A DNA stretch of 64,000 nucleotides, taken from assembly GCA_031409335.1 (NCBI GenBank), contig JANNWY010000012.1, positions 14,803-78,802 of the forward strand. Reading direction: 5' to 3'. Source of the stretch: Chthoniobacteraceae bacterium (GTDB lineage: Bacteria > Verrucomicrobiota > Verrucomicrobiia > Chthoniobacterales > Chthoniobacteraceae). Made by a program: the position numbers and the translations under genes. Under the pieces are notes generated by a model. The model worked only from the letters and a program-made list of their open reading frames with translations, was not told the origin of the DNA and ran no database searches. Shown in pieces: positions 20,929 through 30,398 of the stretch (its first letter is position 1; every line of letters starts with the position of its first letter).

Positions 20929-21777
20929 CTACGCGGCGATGGTTTCGGCATGGGGGAGAAAACGATTGGCCTTGAGCGCTTCGCGATGCACGTCATCGAA
21001 CGATGGGATGCGATCGTCCCATTCCAAAAGCGTCGCCGTGCGGCCAATGCGGCGGATGGCGTGCGCGTACATTTTCCACACGGGATCGAGGACGGGGTGA
21101 TCGTGGGTATCGAGAATGTAGCGCTCGAACTTGGTGTGGCCGGCGATGTGGATTTGCGCGACGCGATCGGCGGGGACGGCGTCGAGATAGGTGTAGGGAT
21201 CGAAGCCGTGATTTTTCGCGGAGACGTAAATGTTATTCACGTCGAGCAGGATTCCGCAGTCGGCGCGCTCGACGACTTCATTCAAAAACTCCCACTCGCT
21301 CATCTCCGAGGCGTGAAACTCGACGTAGCTACTGACGTTCTCGACGCAGACGGGCAAGCCAACGAAGTCCTGCACTTCGCGAACATTCCGCGCGGTCCAC
21401 TCCACCGCTTCCCACGTATAAGGCATGGGTAGCAGGTCGTGGGTGTAGCGCCCATCGACGCTGCCCCAGCAGAGATGATCGGAAAGCCACGGCGTGCCGG
21501 TGCGTTTCGTGAGCGCCTTGAGTCGCTTCAGGTGATCGCGCTGCGGACGCGCAGCGTTTCCAAAATACATCGAGACGCCGTGCTGGACGACACGGTAATG
21601 CTCCAAGATTTGATCCAGCACATGCAGCGGCCGCCCCGCGTCGCACATGTAGTTTTCCGAAATGATCTCGAACCAATCGACGCCCGGCTTGCGTTTCAGG
21701 ATGTGCTGGTAATGCGGCACGCGCAGCCCGATACCGACGCCGTAAGCGGTGTGGTTGTTAAAACGGTTGGCAGGCAT
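20929..21777 (-). CDS. Multinuclear non-heme iron oxidative enzyme (MNIO, DUF692), bufferin maturase-like
   Basis: GIGLR.PH, EIISENY, HGVS, SDHL, ENVSSY, LLDVNNIYV, HIAGH, DTH, LEWD. Confidence 0.93.
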   Translation of the reverse strand: MPANRFNNHTAYGVGIGLRVPHYQHILKRKPGVDWFEIISENYMCDAGRPLHVLDQILEHYRVVQHGVSMYFGNAARPQRDHLKRLKALTKRTGTPWLSDHLCWGSVDGRYTHDLLPMPYTWEAVEWTARNVREVQDFVGLPVCVENVSSYVEFHASEMSEWEFLNEVVERADCGILLDVNNIYVSAKNHGFDPYTYLDAVPADRVAQIHIAGHTKFERYILDTHDHPVLDPVWKMYAHAIRRIGRTATLLEWDDRIPSFDDVHREALKANRFLPHAETIAA

Positions 21778-21803
21778 TTTTTGGAAAAGCGGGAACTTTC
21801 GAC

Positions 21804-21838
21804 AAAAGGGCTCCGGCCTTTCGAAAGACCGGAGCCCC
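21804..21838 (-). terminator. Hairpin plus U tract after the RiPP precursor gene (partial terminator or mRNA stabiliser)
   Basis: Minus strand GGGGCTCCGGTC-TTTCGAAA-GGCCGGAGCCC-TTTT. Confidence 0.7.
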
Positions 21839-21857
21839 GTGAATTTGTCGGACGCGC

Positions 21858-22160
21858 TTACTTATGAACTGGCTTGCCGTCTTTCACAGCGCAGCCGCCC
21901 TTGCCTTTGCAGGTGTTCTTTCCAGCGCAACCTTTGTCGCCGGACTTGCAGCCGCCTTTTCCTTTGCAGGAGTTCTTGCCGGCGCAGTCATGGGTTTCGC
22001 CCTTTTCCTTTTTCTCGTCCGCGAGTTGCCCCGCGAAGGTGCCGGACTTGTCGCTCTTCGCGTTCGTGGCGGCGTTGACTTTGGCGACGAAGCCGCCCGA
22101 GATGATTCCGGCAAGGGCTGCGCCGGCGAGGAGTGTTTTGGTCGTGGTGTAGCGTTTCAT
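21858..22160 (-). CDS. Secreted Cys-rich RiPP precursor (BufA2/bufferin-like)
   Basis: Signal peptide then two CAGKN(S/T)CKGKGGC repeats, 6 Cys; immediately upstream of MNIO. Confidence 0.85.
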   Translation of the reverse strand: MKRYTTTKTLLAGAALAGIISGGFVAKVNAATNAKSDKSGTFAGQLADEKKEKGETHDCAGKNSCKGKGGCKSGDKGCAGKNTCKGKGGCAVKDGKPVHK

Positions 22161-22262
22161 AGGGTCTGTTTTTGTTTTTTGTTTTCTGCGGTATCTGTCG
22201 CCTCCGCATTTCGCACCCGCGCTGCGGAGTCGGCAAAAGTGTTTGGGTAAATGGTTCGGGTC

Positions 22263-22288
22263 AGACGGAAGGGTAGGCTGTTTATTCC
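22263..22288 (-). promoter_or_regulatory. Putative ECF-sigma promoter for the precursor
   Basis: Minus strand GGAATA-N15-CGTCT about 100 bp upstream of the precursor ATG. Confidence 0.4.
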
Positions 22289-22321
22289 AAGAATCTTGGT
22301 CTGTGTCGCGAATGAGCGAAG

Positions 22322-22711
22322 TTAGGGTGTCTTGGTTTCGTTAAGGCGGCAGAAATCGATGGCACGGGAGCGAAACAGGAGAAGTGGGCCGTAGGCAATC
22401 AAGATAGCCACTGAGAGCCACTGAAAAAAGTAAGAGGACGATTCTGGTGCGCCGAGTTGTCGCTCAGCATATTTGTGACCGCAGGTAAGGACCATCAATC
22501 CAACGAACGACCATGCGTAACTGCGCCTGCGCCAAGCAAAGAGAAGAACCAACAGAAAGAGCGCTCCGATCATAATGGCAATCGCAAGGTAGTGAAGTGG
22601 CGCGGGTCTGTGGCGAAACGCAAACGGCAAAACGAGAAGGGCGGTAACCGTGACAACATGGGTTATCACCAAGCTGGTTCTTGCGTTAGAGGTGAACGAA
22701 TCTGAATTCAA
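22322..22711 (-). CDS. Hypothetical 4-TM membrane protein, visibly more AT-rich than neighbours
   Basis: Hydrophobic ORF, TTG start. Confidence 0.5.
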   Translation of the reverse strand: MNSDSFTSNARTSLVITHVVTVTALLVLPFAFRHRPAPLHYLAIAIMIGALFLLVLLFAWRRRSYAWSFVGLMVLTCGHKYAERQLGAPESSSYFFQWLSVAILIAYGPLLLFRSRAIDFCRLNETKTP

Positions 22712-22735
22712 TTTGGGAGAAACGCTCTGAGTCCG

Positions 22736-24847
22736 CTAACTCTTGATTTCCGCGAGATGCCCGAGGACGACTGCCTGCGTAAGGATTTCGGGGAAGACGA
22801 CAGGCTCGGCGATTCCCGGCAGGTAGAGAACGTAAACGGGCACGCCCGCGCGCTTGAATTTCTTCAGCATCTCCGTGATGGCCGGGTCGAAGTTGGTGAA
22901 GTCGGCCTTGAGTGGGATGATTTTTTTCTCGCGAAACGCCTGCTGCACTGGCGCGGTTTCGAGGACGAACTTTTCGTTGTATTTGCAGTTCAGGCACCAC
23001 TCCGCGGTGAAGTCGATGAACACCGGCTGCCCGGTCGCGATCGCTTTTGCCAGGCTGTCTGGCGAGAAGGGCTGCCACTCGATGCCGCCGGGTTTCACGG
23101 TGGCAGTCGCGCTGCCCGGTTTCGCGGGCGCGGCGTTGAGGTCGTCTTCCAAGAAGACAAACCAACCCGCCGCGACGAGCGCGATGACGACGGGCCACGC
23201 GACGGCGCGGTTGCGGAACGCACCGAACGCCCAGCACGCGACGCCGAGCATCAGCAAAAAGCCGCACAGCGCGATGAGCGAATCGACGCCGCGGCTGCCG
23301 CCGAAAATCCCGAGCAACCACACGACGAGCGCCATCAGCACGAAGCCCATGAACTGTTTCATACGCTCCATCCACAGGCCGGGTTTCGGCAGATATTTCA
23401 TCCACGCGGGCTGCCAGGTGAGCAGGAAATACGGGAGGCTCATGCCTGCGGCGATGGCGAGGAAAATGGCGATGACGACGAGAGGCGGCTGCACCACGGC
23501 GAAGCCGAGCACGGGGCCGAGAAATGGCGCGGTGCAGGAGGTGCCGAGCAGCGTGGTGAAAAGGCCGTGGGTGAATGCGCCGCCGTAGCCTTCGCGGCCC
23601 GAGAGCGCGTCTAGTTTCGTCGCCGCGCCGCTGCCGAGCGTGACTTCGAACACGCCAAACATCGACATCGCGAAGATGAACACGAGCGCGATGAGCGCGA
23701 CGAGGATGCCCGCGTTTTGAAACTGGAATCCGAAATTGAACCGACCGCCGCCAGCCTTGATCGCGATGACGAGCGCGGCGAGTCCGAGAAAGAACGTGAA
23801 CACGCCCGCGACGAATGCGAGCCCGAGTCGGAAAACGCGCCGCGGCTCTTCGTGCGCCTGCGACACGAAGCCGAAGATTTTCAGCGCGATGACGGGCAGC
23901 ACGCACGGCATCACATTCAGGATGAGTCCGCCGAGAAATGCGGCCCACAGTTTTGCCCACAAATTTCCCGCGGGCTCGGCGGCGTCCGCTGCGGGCGCGA
24001 TCGTCTCCGTGCGGACGGATTCACCCGCGGCGATGAGCCAGCCTTCGCGCGGCGCATCGCCCTTCGCCGTGGCAAGCACGCCCTGCCACGCGAGGCCGGG
24101 TGCACCGTCTTCCACGGGAAAGGTGATCGTCCGCGCGCCATCGGTGGCGATTTCGCCGAGCTTTGGATGTCCCGGTTTTGCCTTGGGAGTCGGCGGCAGC
24201 GGATAAAACTCGGCTGTGAAATCCTTCGGCAGGCCGGTGATGTCGATCGAGAACTCGTTCGCCTTTTCGCGATGCCACTTCACCTGAAATGGCGCGCCAT
24301 CAGCCTTGGGAATTTGCGCGCGCCACTTCGTGAAAAGATCCGCGTTGTCCGGAGTCGCCGCGCCAGCGGGAAGCGCCAGCGCGAGGCTCGCAGTGCCGGG
24401 CACGCACGATTCGGCGTTGCACATTTGCCACGCGAGCTTCGCCTTGATTTCGACCGGTCCGGAAAGCGGTACCGCGGGCGGCGTGATCTCCGCGAAAAGC
24501 AGCGTCTCTTCCTCGTACACGTAGTTCAGAAAATCGCCCGCTGCTTCGTGCCGTCGTGGCGTGGGCCATTGCAGCGGACCGGCTTTGAAGCCCGGCGGCA
24601 ATTCCCACTCCACACTCGTCGGCAAGCCAATGTCGCCAACGAATCGCCAGTAAATGTACCACTCCTTCTCGATCACAAACCGCACGCCGACGGTGAATGG
24701 CTTGCCCGCCTCGATCGCTTTCGTATCGGCAACGATGCTCGTCTTTACCGCGCCCGCCTGATCGCCAAAGCCGCCAAACTGCGCCGACACCGGGCCGCCA
24801 AAAGCGAGCAGCCACATCACTACAATTAAAACGAAACGGAAACTCAT
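22736..24847 (-). CDS. dsbD: Thiol:disulfide interchange protein (DsbD/ScsB type)
   Basis: N-terminal DsbD_N with MCNAESC; LNVMPCVLP, TSCTAP; thioredoxin DFTAEWCLNC. Confidence 0.9.
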   Translation of the reverse strand: MSFRFVLIVVMWLLAFGGPVSAQFGGFGDQAGAVKTSIVADTKAIEAGKPFTVGVRFVIEKEWYIYWRFVGDIGLPTSVEWELPPGFKAGPLQWPTPRRHEAAGDFLNYVYEEETLLFAEITPPAVPLSGPVEIKAKLAWQMCNAESCVPGTASLALALPAGAATPDNADLFTKWRAQIPKADGAPFQVKWHREKANEFSIDITGLPKDFTAEFYPLPPTPKAKPGHPKLGEIATDGARTITFPVEDGAPGLAWQGVLATAKGDAPREGWLIAAGESVRTETIAPAADAAEPAGNLWAKLWAAFLGGLILNVMPCVLPVIALKIFGFVSQAHEEPRRVFRLGLAFVAGVFTFFLGLAALVIAIKAGGGRFNFGFQFQNAGILVALIALVFIFAMSMFGVFEVTLGSGAATKLDALSGREGYGGAFTHGLFTTLLGTSCTAPFLGPVLGFAVVQPPLVVIAIFLAIAAGMSLPYFLLTWQPAWMKYLPKPGLWMERMKQFMGFVLMALVVWLLGIFGGSRGVDSLIALCGFLLMLGVACWAFGAFRNRAVAWPVVIALVAAGWFVFLEDDLNAAPAKPGSATATVKPGGIEWQPFSPDSLAKAIATGQPVFIDFTAEWCLNCKYNEKFVLETAPVQQAFREKKIIPLKADFTNFDPAITEMLKKFKRAGVPVYVLYLPGIAEPVVFPEILTQAVVLGHLAEIKS

Positions 24848-24970
24848 GCGGGCATGATACATGGCGGGCGACGGTGACACAGGCTTTCCGGCGGGCGTTC
24901 AAAGAAAGTGTTCACGCATTCATTGGCGATGGAAGAAGACGGGGGAGTGTGGTGCATTCATTCCCGATTC

Positions 24971-26143
24971 ATGAAAGCCGCCTTCTACTTCGCAATGCTG
25001 AGTCTTTCTGTCTTCGCAAATCTTGCGACTGCCGCGGAACCAGAAGTCTCGGACGTCTTTGTCTCAGGCCGCGATGGGTATAAATCCATTCGCATCCCAT
25101 CGGTGGTCACGACCAAAGTCGGCGTCGTGCTCGCGTTCGCGGAGGGGCGCGCGGCGAATGCGGATCAGGCGGCGAACGATTTGATCCTGCGGCGCAGCAT
25201 CGACGGCGGACGGACTTGGGAGCCGACGCAATTGGTGGCGGATGACGGTGACAATTCGCTGAACAATCCGTGCGCCGTGATCGTGCGCGAGACCGGGCGG
25301 GTGTTTGTGATGTTTCAAAGCTACCCCGCTGGCGCGAGCGAACGCAGCGGGCAGATTCAGCCAGGACTCGAAGGGCCGAATGTGGTGCGGAATCTTCTCG
25401 TGTGGTCGGACGATGATGGCCGCGCGTGGTCGCCCGCGATGGATGTCACGAAATCCACGAAGCGCGCGGGGCATGTGACCACGGTGGCGAGCGGTCCGGG
25501 CATCGGCATCCAACTCGCGAATGGCGAGCACGCGGGGCGATTGGTGATTCCGTTCAATGAGGGTCCGTTTGGCCTATGGAGTCTGTTCGCCGTTTTCACC
25601 GATGATCGCGGGAAGACATGGCAGATCGGCGAGCCCGCGCCAGGTGGCTTTTTGCTGGATGGCAAGGGCGGTGGCACGAGCACGGTGAATGAAGTGCAGA
25701 TGGTCGAGCGTTCCGATGGCTCGGTGCTGCTCAACGCTCGGAAATGGGCTGGCCGCGCAGTGCGAAAAAAGGCGGTGAGTCGCGATGGCGGCGCGACGTG
25801 GACGACGATCGCAGACGATGATGCGCTGCGCGATCCGGGCTGCCAGGCATCCCTCTTTCGCTATACCGATGCCAAGTCCGGCGGACATAGCCGCGTCCTT
25901 TACAGCGGCCCCGACAGTACGAAGCGCGAAAATGGCACGGTGCGTCTGAGCTACGATGACGGGCAGACTTGGGCCGTGAAAAAAGTGCTGCTCGCGGGGA
26001 GTTTTGGCTACAGCGTGCTGACGGCGATGCCGGATGGCACGATCGGCTGCCTGTATGAGACCGATGCGGAAAAGCGGATCGTCTTCGCGCGCTTCACGCT
26101 CGATTGGTTGAGCGATGGCAAGGACGTTTTGAAGGAACCCTAA
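24971..26143 (+). CDS. Sialidase family (GH33) glycoside hydrolase
   Basis: IRIP motif, Asp boxes SIDGGRTW, SDDDGRAW, TDDRGKTW, SRDGGATW, SYDDGQTW. Confidence 0.9.
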   Translation: MKAAFYFAMLSLSVFANLATAAEPEVSDVFVSGRDGYKSIRIPSVVTTKVGVVLAFAEGRAANADQAANDLILRRSIDGGRTWEPTQLVADDGDNSLNNPCAVIVRETGRVFVMFQSYPAGASERSGQIQPGLEGPNVVRNLLVWSDDDGRAWSPAMDVTKSTKRAGHVTTVASGPGIGIQLANGEHAGRLVIPFNEGPFGLWSLFAVFTDDRGKTWQIGEPAPGGFLLDGKGGGTSTVNEVQMVERSDGSVLLNARKWAGRAVRKKAVSRDGGATWTTIADDDALRDPGCQASLFRYTDAKSGGHSRVLYSGPDSTKRENGTVRLSYDDGQTWAVKKVLLAGSFGYSVLTAMPDGTIGCLYETDAEKRIVFARFTLDWLSDGKDVLKEP

Positions 26144-26155
26144 CCGCCAACTGCC

Positions 26156-27079
26156 ATGCGTTGCGTGTTCCTGATTTCCATCATCGGCGTCATCGGCACT
26201 GCCTTTGCGAATGACCCCGCGAATCTGCCAAATGTCGCGGCAAAGAAAGCGCTGCCATCTGCCAGTGGCTTGGCGGCGGCGTTTCCCGGCGACACGGGTT
26301 TGCGAGGTAACGCGGATGTGATTTTCGCGGAGGATTTCGAGAGTGGGGTGATCGGCGATGGGTGGGATGAGACGGGGAATCCTGATGGGAAGGTGCTCCA
26401 ACTCGTGGCTCCCGAAGGCGACGCCGGACTCGGCAAACGCTGCCTGCGCGTGGAGGCGCATCTCGGCAAGGATACGGGCGGCGGGCTCACGAAATGGTTC
26501 GAGCCCGCTGACCCGCTCTTTGTTCGCTTTTACACGAAGTTCGATACGGCCTGCGACTACGTGCATCACTTTGTGACGCTGCGCGCCAACAAGGGTCTGC
26601 GCGGCGGGGACAGGTGGACGGGCTTTGGCAAGGCGGGCTTGAAGCCGGAAGGCAGCGAACGCTTTTCCACCGCGATCGAGCCGTGGGGAAACTGGGGAAA
26701 ATTTCCGCCGCCCGGACGCTGGAACTTTTACAGCTACTGGCACGAGATGGAGAAATCCAAGGACGGCAAATACTGGGGAAACTCGTTCGCCGTTCCCGAC
26801 GCGCCGGTGATCCCGCGCGACCGCTGGATTTGCGTCGAGTTCATGCTTAAACACAACACGCCCGGCGAGCGTGATGGTGAGCAGGCGTTCTGGATCAATG
26901 GCGCGCTGTTAGGCCACTGGCAAGGCATCAACTGGCGCCAGACCGCGCAGCTCAAGGCAAACGCGCTGACGCTGGAGAGCTACATCACCGACAACTGGAC
27001 CAAGAATCCGGTGAACGTCGTTTCCTTCGACAACGTGGTCCTCGCCCGGCGCTACATCGGGCCGACGGCGGCGAAATGA
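26156..27079 (+). CDS. Secreted hypothetical protein, probable jelly-roll / polysaccharide-lyase-like fold
   Basis: IFAEDFE, FVRFYTKF, RWICVEFMLKHNTPG..DG...WING, FDNVVLA. Confidence 0.55.
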   Translation: MRCVFLISIIGVIGTAFANDPANLPNVAAKKALPSASGLAAAFPGDTGLRGNADVIFAEDFESGVIGDGWDETGNPDGKVLQLVAPEGDAGLGKRCLRVEAHLGKDTGGGLTKWFEPADPLFVRFYTKFDTACDYVHHFVTLRANKGLRGGDRWTGFGKAGLKPEGSERFSTAIEPWGNWGKFPPPGRWNFYSYWHEMEKSKDGKYWGNSFAVPDAPVIPRDRWICVEFMLKHNTPGERDGEQAFWINGALLGHWQGINWRQTAQLKANALTLESYITDNWTKNPVNVVSFDNVVLARRYIGPTAAK

Positions 27080-27084
27080 GCGAG

Positions 27085-27195
27085 GTGGATGGCGTCGCTC
27101 CGCGCGCCATGAGACAACACGCGACCGCACCTTACATAGAAAGAAATGCGCCTTCGGCATCGGGAACCCATGTCGAGCGGGGCGACGCCACGCAC
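27085..27195. repeat. Inverted repeat between convergent genes
   Basis: TGGCGTCGCTCCGC pairs with GCGGGGCGACGCCA. Confidence 0.55.
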
Positions 27196-27201
27196 GTTGC
27201 C

Positions 27202-27447
27202 CTAACGCGCCCCGCCGTCTTCCACGATCTCAAACGCTGCCTTTTCCCCAAAACGCGCGGCGGCTGCGTTCAGGATATTGCGAATCGCCAGGATCGTCTG
27301 CCCCTGCTTGCCGACGACCTTCCCGATGTCGCTCTGCCGCACGCGGAGCTTGAAGATCGTTTTCTTATTCGCCTCGGAAGTCGTGAGCACCATTTCGTCG
27401 GGGAAATCGACAAGATGCCGCAGCACGAATTCCAGGAACTCCTGCAT
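27202..27447 (-). CDS. khpA: KH-domain RNA-binding protein
   Basis: DIGKVVGKQGQTILAIR; follows rpsP. Confidence 0.9.
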   Translation of the reverse strand: MQEFLEFVLRHLVDFPDEMVLTTSEANKKTIFKLRVRQSDIGKVVGKQGQTILAIRNILNAAAARFGEKAAFEIVEDGGAR

Positions 27448-27502
27448 GGCGAGAGGCTGATCCACGAGAATCGCGGGAGTGGCGCCGAATAATCGGCCCG
27501 GT

Positions 27503-27760
27503 TTACTTCGCCGCGGCGTTCGCCTTGCGGAGCTTTTTGATGATGCTGCGGACGGTCTCGCTGGGCTGTGCGCCCTTGTCGATCCAGTAGTCGGCTCGAC
27601 TCAGGTCGATGTTCGCGTTGGAGCCAGCTTTCTTCGGATCGTAGTTGCCGATGATCTCGATGAATTTGCCATCACGCGGGCTGCGCTGATCGGCGACGAC
27701 GACTTTGTAGTAGGGATTGTTGAGTGCGCCTTCGCGGCGGAGACGGATGGATACGGACAT
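27503..27760 (-). CDS. rpsP: 30S ribosomal protein S16
   Basis: VSIRLRREG...VVADQRSPRDGKFIE. Confidence 0.97.
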   Translation of the reverse strand: MSVSIRLRREGALNNPYYKVVVADQRSPRDGKFIEIIGNYDPKKAGSNANIDLSRADYWIDKGAQPSETVRSIIKKLRKANAAAK

Positions 27761-27778
27761 AATTCTGTGTGCGGTTGG

Positions 27779-29107
27779 TTATCTGATTCCGAAATTGGCG
27801 CCTTGGGCGCGCGCCATCATTTTCTTCATTTTGCCCATGTTCTTCATCATCTTGCGCATCTCGGAAAAGCGCTTGAGGAGATCGTTCACTTCGGTCACCG
27901 AGACACCGCTTCCACGGGCGATGCGCTGCCGGCGGCGGGCATTTAGAATGTCCGGGTTTTTCCGCTCTGGCTGCGTCATCGAAAGCACAATGGCTTCGAC
28001 CCGCTTCATCTGTTTCTCGTCAACCGAAAAGCCTTTCACGTTGGACATCCCCGGCACAAGCGCAAGCAGATTTTCCAATGGCCCGAGTTTCTTCATCATT
28101 TTGAACTGGGTCAGAAAATCATTCAGATCGAAGGACGCCGTGCGCAGCTTTTCCTCCATCGCCCGCGCTTCATCCTCGTCGATCGCCGCCGCCGCCTTTT
28201 CCACGAGCGAAACGATGTCGCCCATGCCGAGGATGCGGCCCGCGAGACGGTCGGGATGGAACGGCTCGAACTGATCCAGTTTTTCGCCCATGCCGGCGAA
28301 TTTGATCGGCTGCTGCGTGACCTCGCGCATCGAGAGCGCCGCGCCGCCGCGCGCGTCGCCATCGAGTTTCGTGAGCACGAGTCCGGTGAGCCCGAGCGCT
28401 TCGTGGAAATGTGTCGCCACACTGACTGCCTGCTGGCCCGTCGCCGCATCCGCGACCAGCAATACTTCCTGCGGCTGCAGAAATTCCTTGAGCCGGCGAA
28501 TCTCCGCAATCAGCACCTCGTCGATTTCCTGCCGTCCGGCCGTGTCGAAAATGGTGACGTTCCCCGGCTGCTCCTTCGCCCATTCCAGCGCGAGCTTCGC
28601 GACCTTCACCACATCCGTCTCGCCCGCGATTGGGATGAAAACGGGCACGTCGATCTGCCGTCCGAGCGTCGCGAGTTGCTCGATTGCGGCTGGCCGGTGA
28701 AGGTCACACGCGATCAACAGCGGCGTGCGGCCTTCCTTTTTCAGCCACTTCGCCAACTTCGCGGAAGATGTTGTTTTACCCGCGCCGTTGAGGCCGACGA
28801 TCAGGATGCGCGCGGGCTTGTCCAGATTCAGCGGCGAGGCATTGCCGCCTAGCAGCACAGTGAGTTCGTCGTGGAAAATTTTTACGATCTGCTGCCCTGG
28901 GGAAACTGATCGCAACACGTGCTCGCCAGTCGCCTTTTCCTTCACCCGGGCGATAAATCCCTTCGCCACCGAAAACTCCACATCAGCCTCCAGCAGCGCC
29001 ATCCGCACTTCGCGGAGAGCGTCGGCAATGTTCGACTCCGAGATCTTCCCAAGACCGCGCAGGTCTTTGAAGACGTCCTGAAGTTTGTCGGCAAGGATTG
29101 AGAACAT
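27779..29107 (-). CDS. ffh: Signal recognition particle protein
   Basis: ALLEADV, GLNGAGKTT, DTAGR, TKLDGDARGG, Met-rich M domain. Confidence 0.97.
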   Translation of the reverse strand: MFSILADKLQDVFKDLRGLGKISESNIADALREVRMALLEADVEFSVAKGFIARVKEKATGEHVLRSVSPGQQIVKIFHDELTVLLGGNASPLNLDKPARILIVGLNGAGKTTSSAKLAKWLKKEGRTPLLIACDLHRPAAIEQLATLGRQIDVPVFIPIAGETDVVKVAKLALEWAKEQPGNVTIFDTAGRQEIDEVLIAEIRRLKEFLQPQEVLLVADAATGQQAVSVATHFHEALGLTGLVLTKLDGDARGGAALSMREVTQQPIKFAGMGEKLDQFEPFHPDRLAGRILGMGDIVSLVEKAAAAIDEDEARAMEEKLRTASFDLNDFLTQFKMMKKLGPLENLLALVPGMSNVKGFSVDEKQMKRVEAIVLSMTQPERKNPDILNARRRQRIARGSGVSVTEVNDLLKRFSEMRKMMKNMGKMKKMMARAQGANFGIR

Positions 29108-29560
29108 TGGTAGAGCGGACGCGGACCTTAGACAAGAATCGCGGCTTGTCGAGCAGCTTGGAGCGCTTGCGAAAGCGTCGCTGTTTTCGGGTGATGCCTC
29201 GGTCCGTATTTGGCGCGCCGGAGTGCGAGGGATGGATGTCATAGGACTGATCTCACCCGGCGTTTCCGCGCCAATTTTCAGGTGGGTTGCGCTACTCTTA
29301 CCGCCACGAGGAGGCTCGCTCTTGAAAGTCGGAGAGGCGCAGGGCAGTTGCCTCGCAGCCAATCGTAGGACGGTCGAGGACCGGAAAGCAGACCTCGAAA
29401 GGGACAAAATCCGGTCAGCATCACGTCCCCACCCGGCTGGCCGTCCTTCCCTCCCGGACGACCCGGCGCTGGTGCCGGCGTGGGTCGGCAGCAGTCACCA
29501 GTTTCGTGCTACCCATCGGTGTCCTAGCAGTCGCACCCACATTTTCCATGCATCTTCTCT

Positions 29561-29590
29561 TTGACGAAATGTAGAATTGGGAGTTAGACG
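29561..29590 (+). promoter_or_regulatory. Putative sigma70 promoter, probably giving a leaderless mRNA
   Basis: TTGACG at 29561, TAGACG at 29585, ATG at 29597 with no SD. Confidence 0.4.
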
Positions 29591-29596
29591 TTACTA

Positions 29597-30103
29597 ATGG
29601 CAACCAACAATCCATCCATCCAGCAACTAAAACGCGCTCTGACTATCTCGGAACAAATCGAGAAACTTCAGGGTGAACTAGCATCCATCCTCGGCAGCGC
29701 AGCTCCTGCTTCCGCGCCTAAAACCATCGCCACGAAACCCGCAAAAGCAGGTGCCCGCACCTTGTCGCCGGAAGCCCGCGAGAAGATCGCAGCCGCGGCC
29801 CGCGCCCGCTGGGCACGCGCCAAAGGCACCGCGCCATCCGCAGCCTCAAAGCCGGCGGCTGCACCGAAAAAGAAAGGTGGCCTGACACCTGAAGGCCGGG
29901 CAAAGCTGGCGGCATCCATGAAGGCTCGCTGGGCTGCGCGGCGCAAAGGCGCACCCGCACCCACCAAACCCTCCGCGGCAAAGGCTGCCCCCAAGAAGGC
30001 AGCAGCCCCCGCGGATGGAGGCAAGAGAACCATCAGCCCCGAAGCACGTGCGAGGATGATCGAGGGTGCGAAACGGCGCTGGGCGAGCAAGAAGAATGGC
30101 TGA
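29597..30103 (+). CDS. Basic histone-like/nucleoid-type protein with three helical RW repeats
   Basis: N-terminal coiled coil and three (L/I)(S/T)PE(A/G)R....A.A.+.RWA repeats in Lys/Ala/Pro linkers. Confidence 0.7.
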   Translation: MATNNPSIQQLKRALTISEQIEKLQGELASILGSAAPASAPKTIATKPAKAGARTLSPEAREKIAAAARARWARAKGTAPSAASKPAAAPKKKGGLTPEGRAKLAASMKARWAARRKGAPAPTKPSAAKAAPKKAAAPADGGKRTISPEARARMIEGAKRRWASKKNG

Positions 30104-30267
30104 ACCGAGTAGGACCATCCGTCGCGATGGTCGAACCTAAAGAATTACCGTCGTGTGCTGTTCAAGCCGGCCGCGACGGAAGATTGAAGATCAAAATGTT
30201 TGGGAAGGAGTCGAGCACTCCGCGGATTGCGTCGGGATTCCACCCGCCAGTATCGAAGTGCTGGAAG

Positions 30268-30343
30268 TGGTAGCGCTAACGGGATTCGAACCCGTGTCCC
30301 CGCCTTGAGAGGGCAGTGTCCTAGGCCTCTAGACGATAGCGCC
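30268..30343 (-). tRNA. tRNA-Glu (CTC)
   Basis: GGCGCTA acceptor, CTGCC-CT-CTC-AA-GGCGG anticodon arm, GGTTCGAATCC, encoded CCA. Confidence 0.96.
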
Positions 30344-30398
30344 GTTTAGAAGAGGGCCGCGATGGTAGCGCGACTCCGCGGAATGCTCAAACGGTATT

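Noticed and set aside
29108..29407. 100-aa N-terminal extension of Ffh
   Set aside because: Ffh homology begins at MFSILADKL (29107).
30104..30267. Integrative element at tRNA-Glu
   Set aside because: No integrase and no duplicated tRNA 3' end seen.
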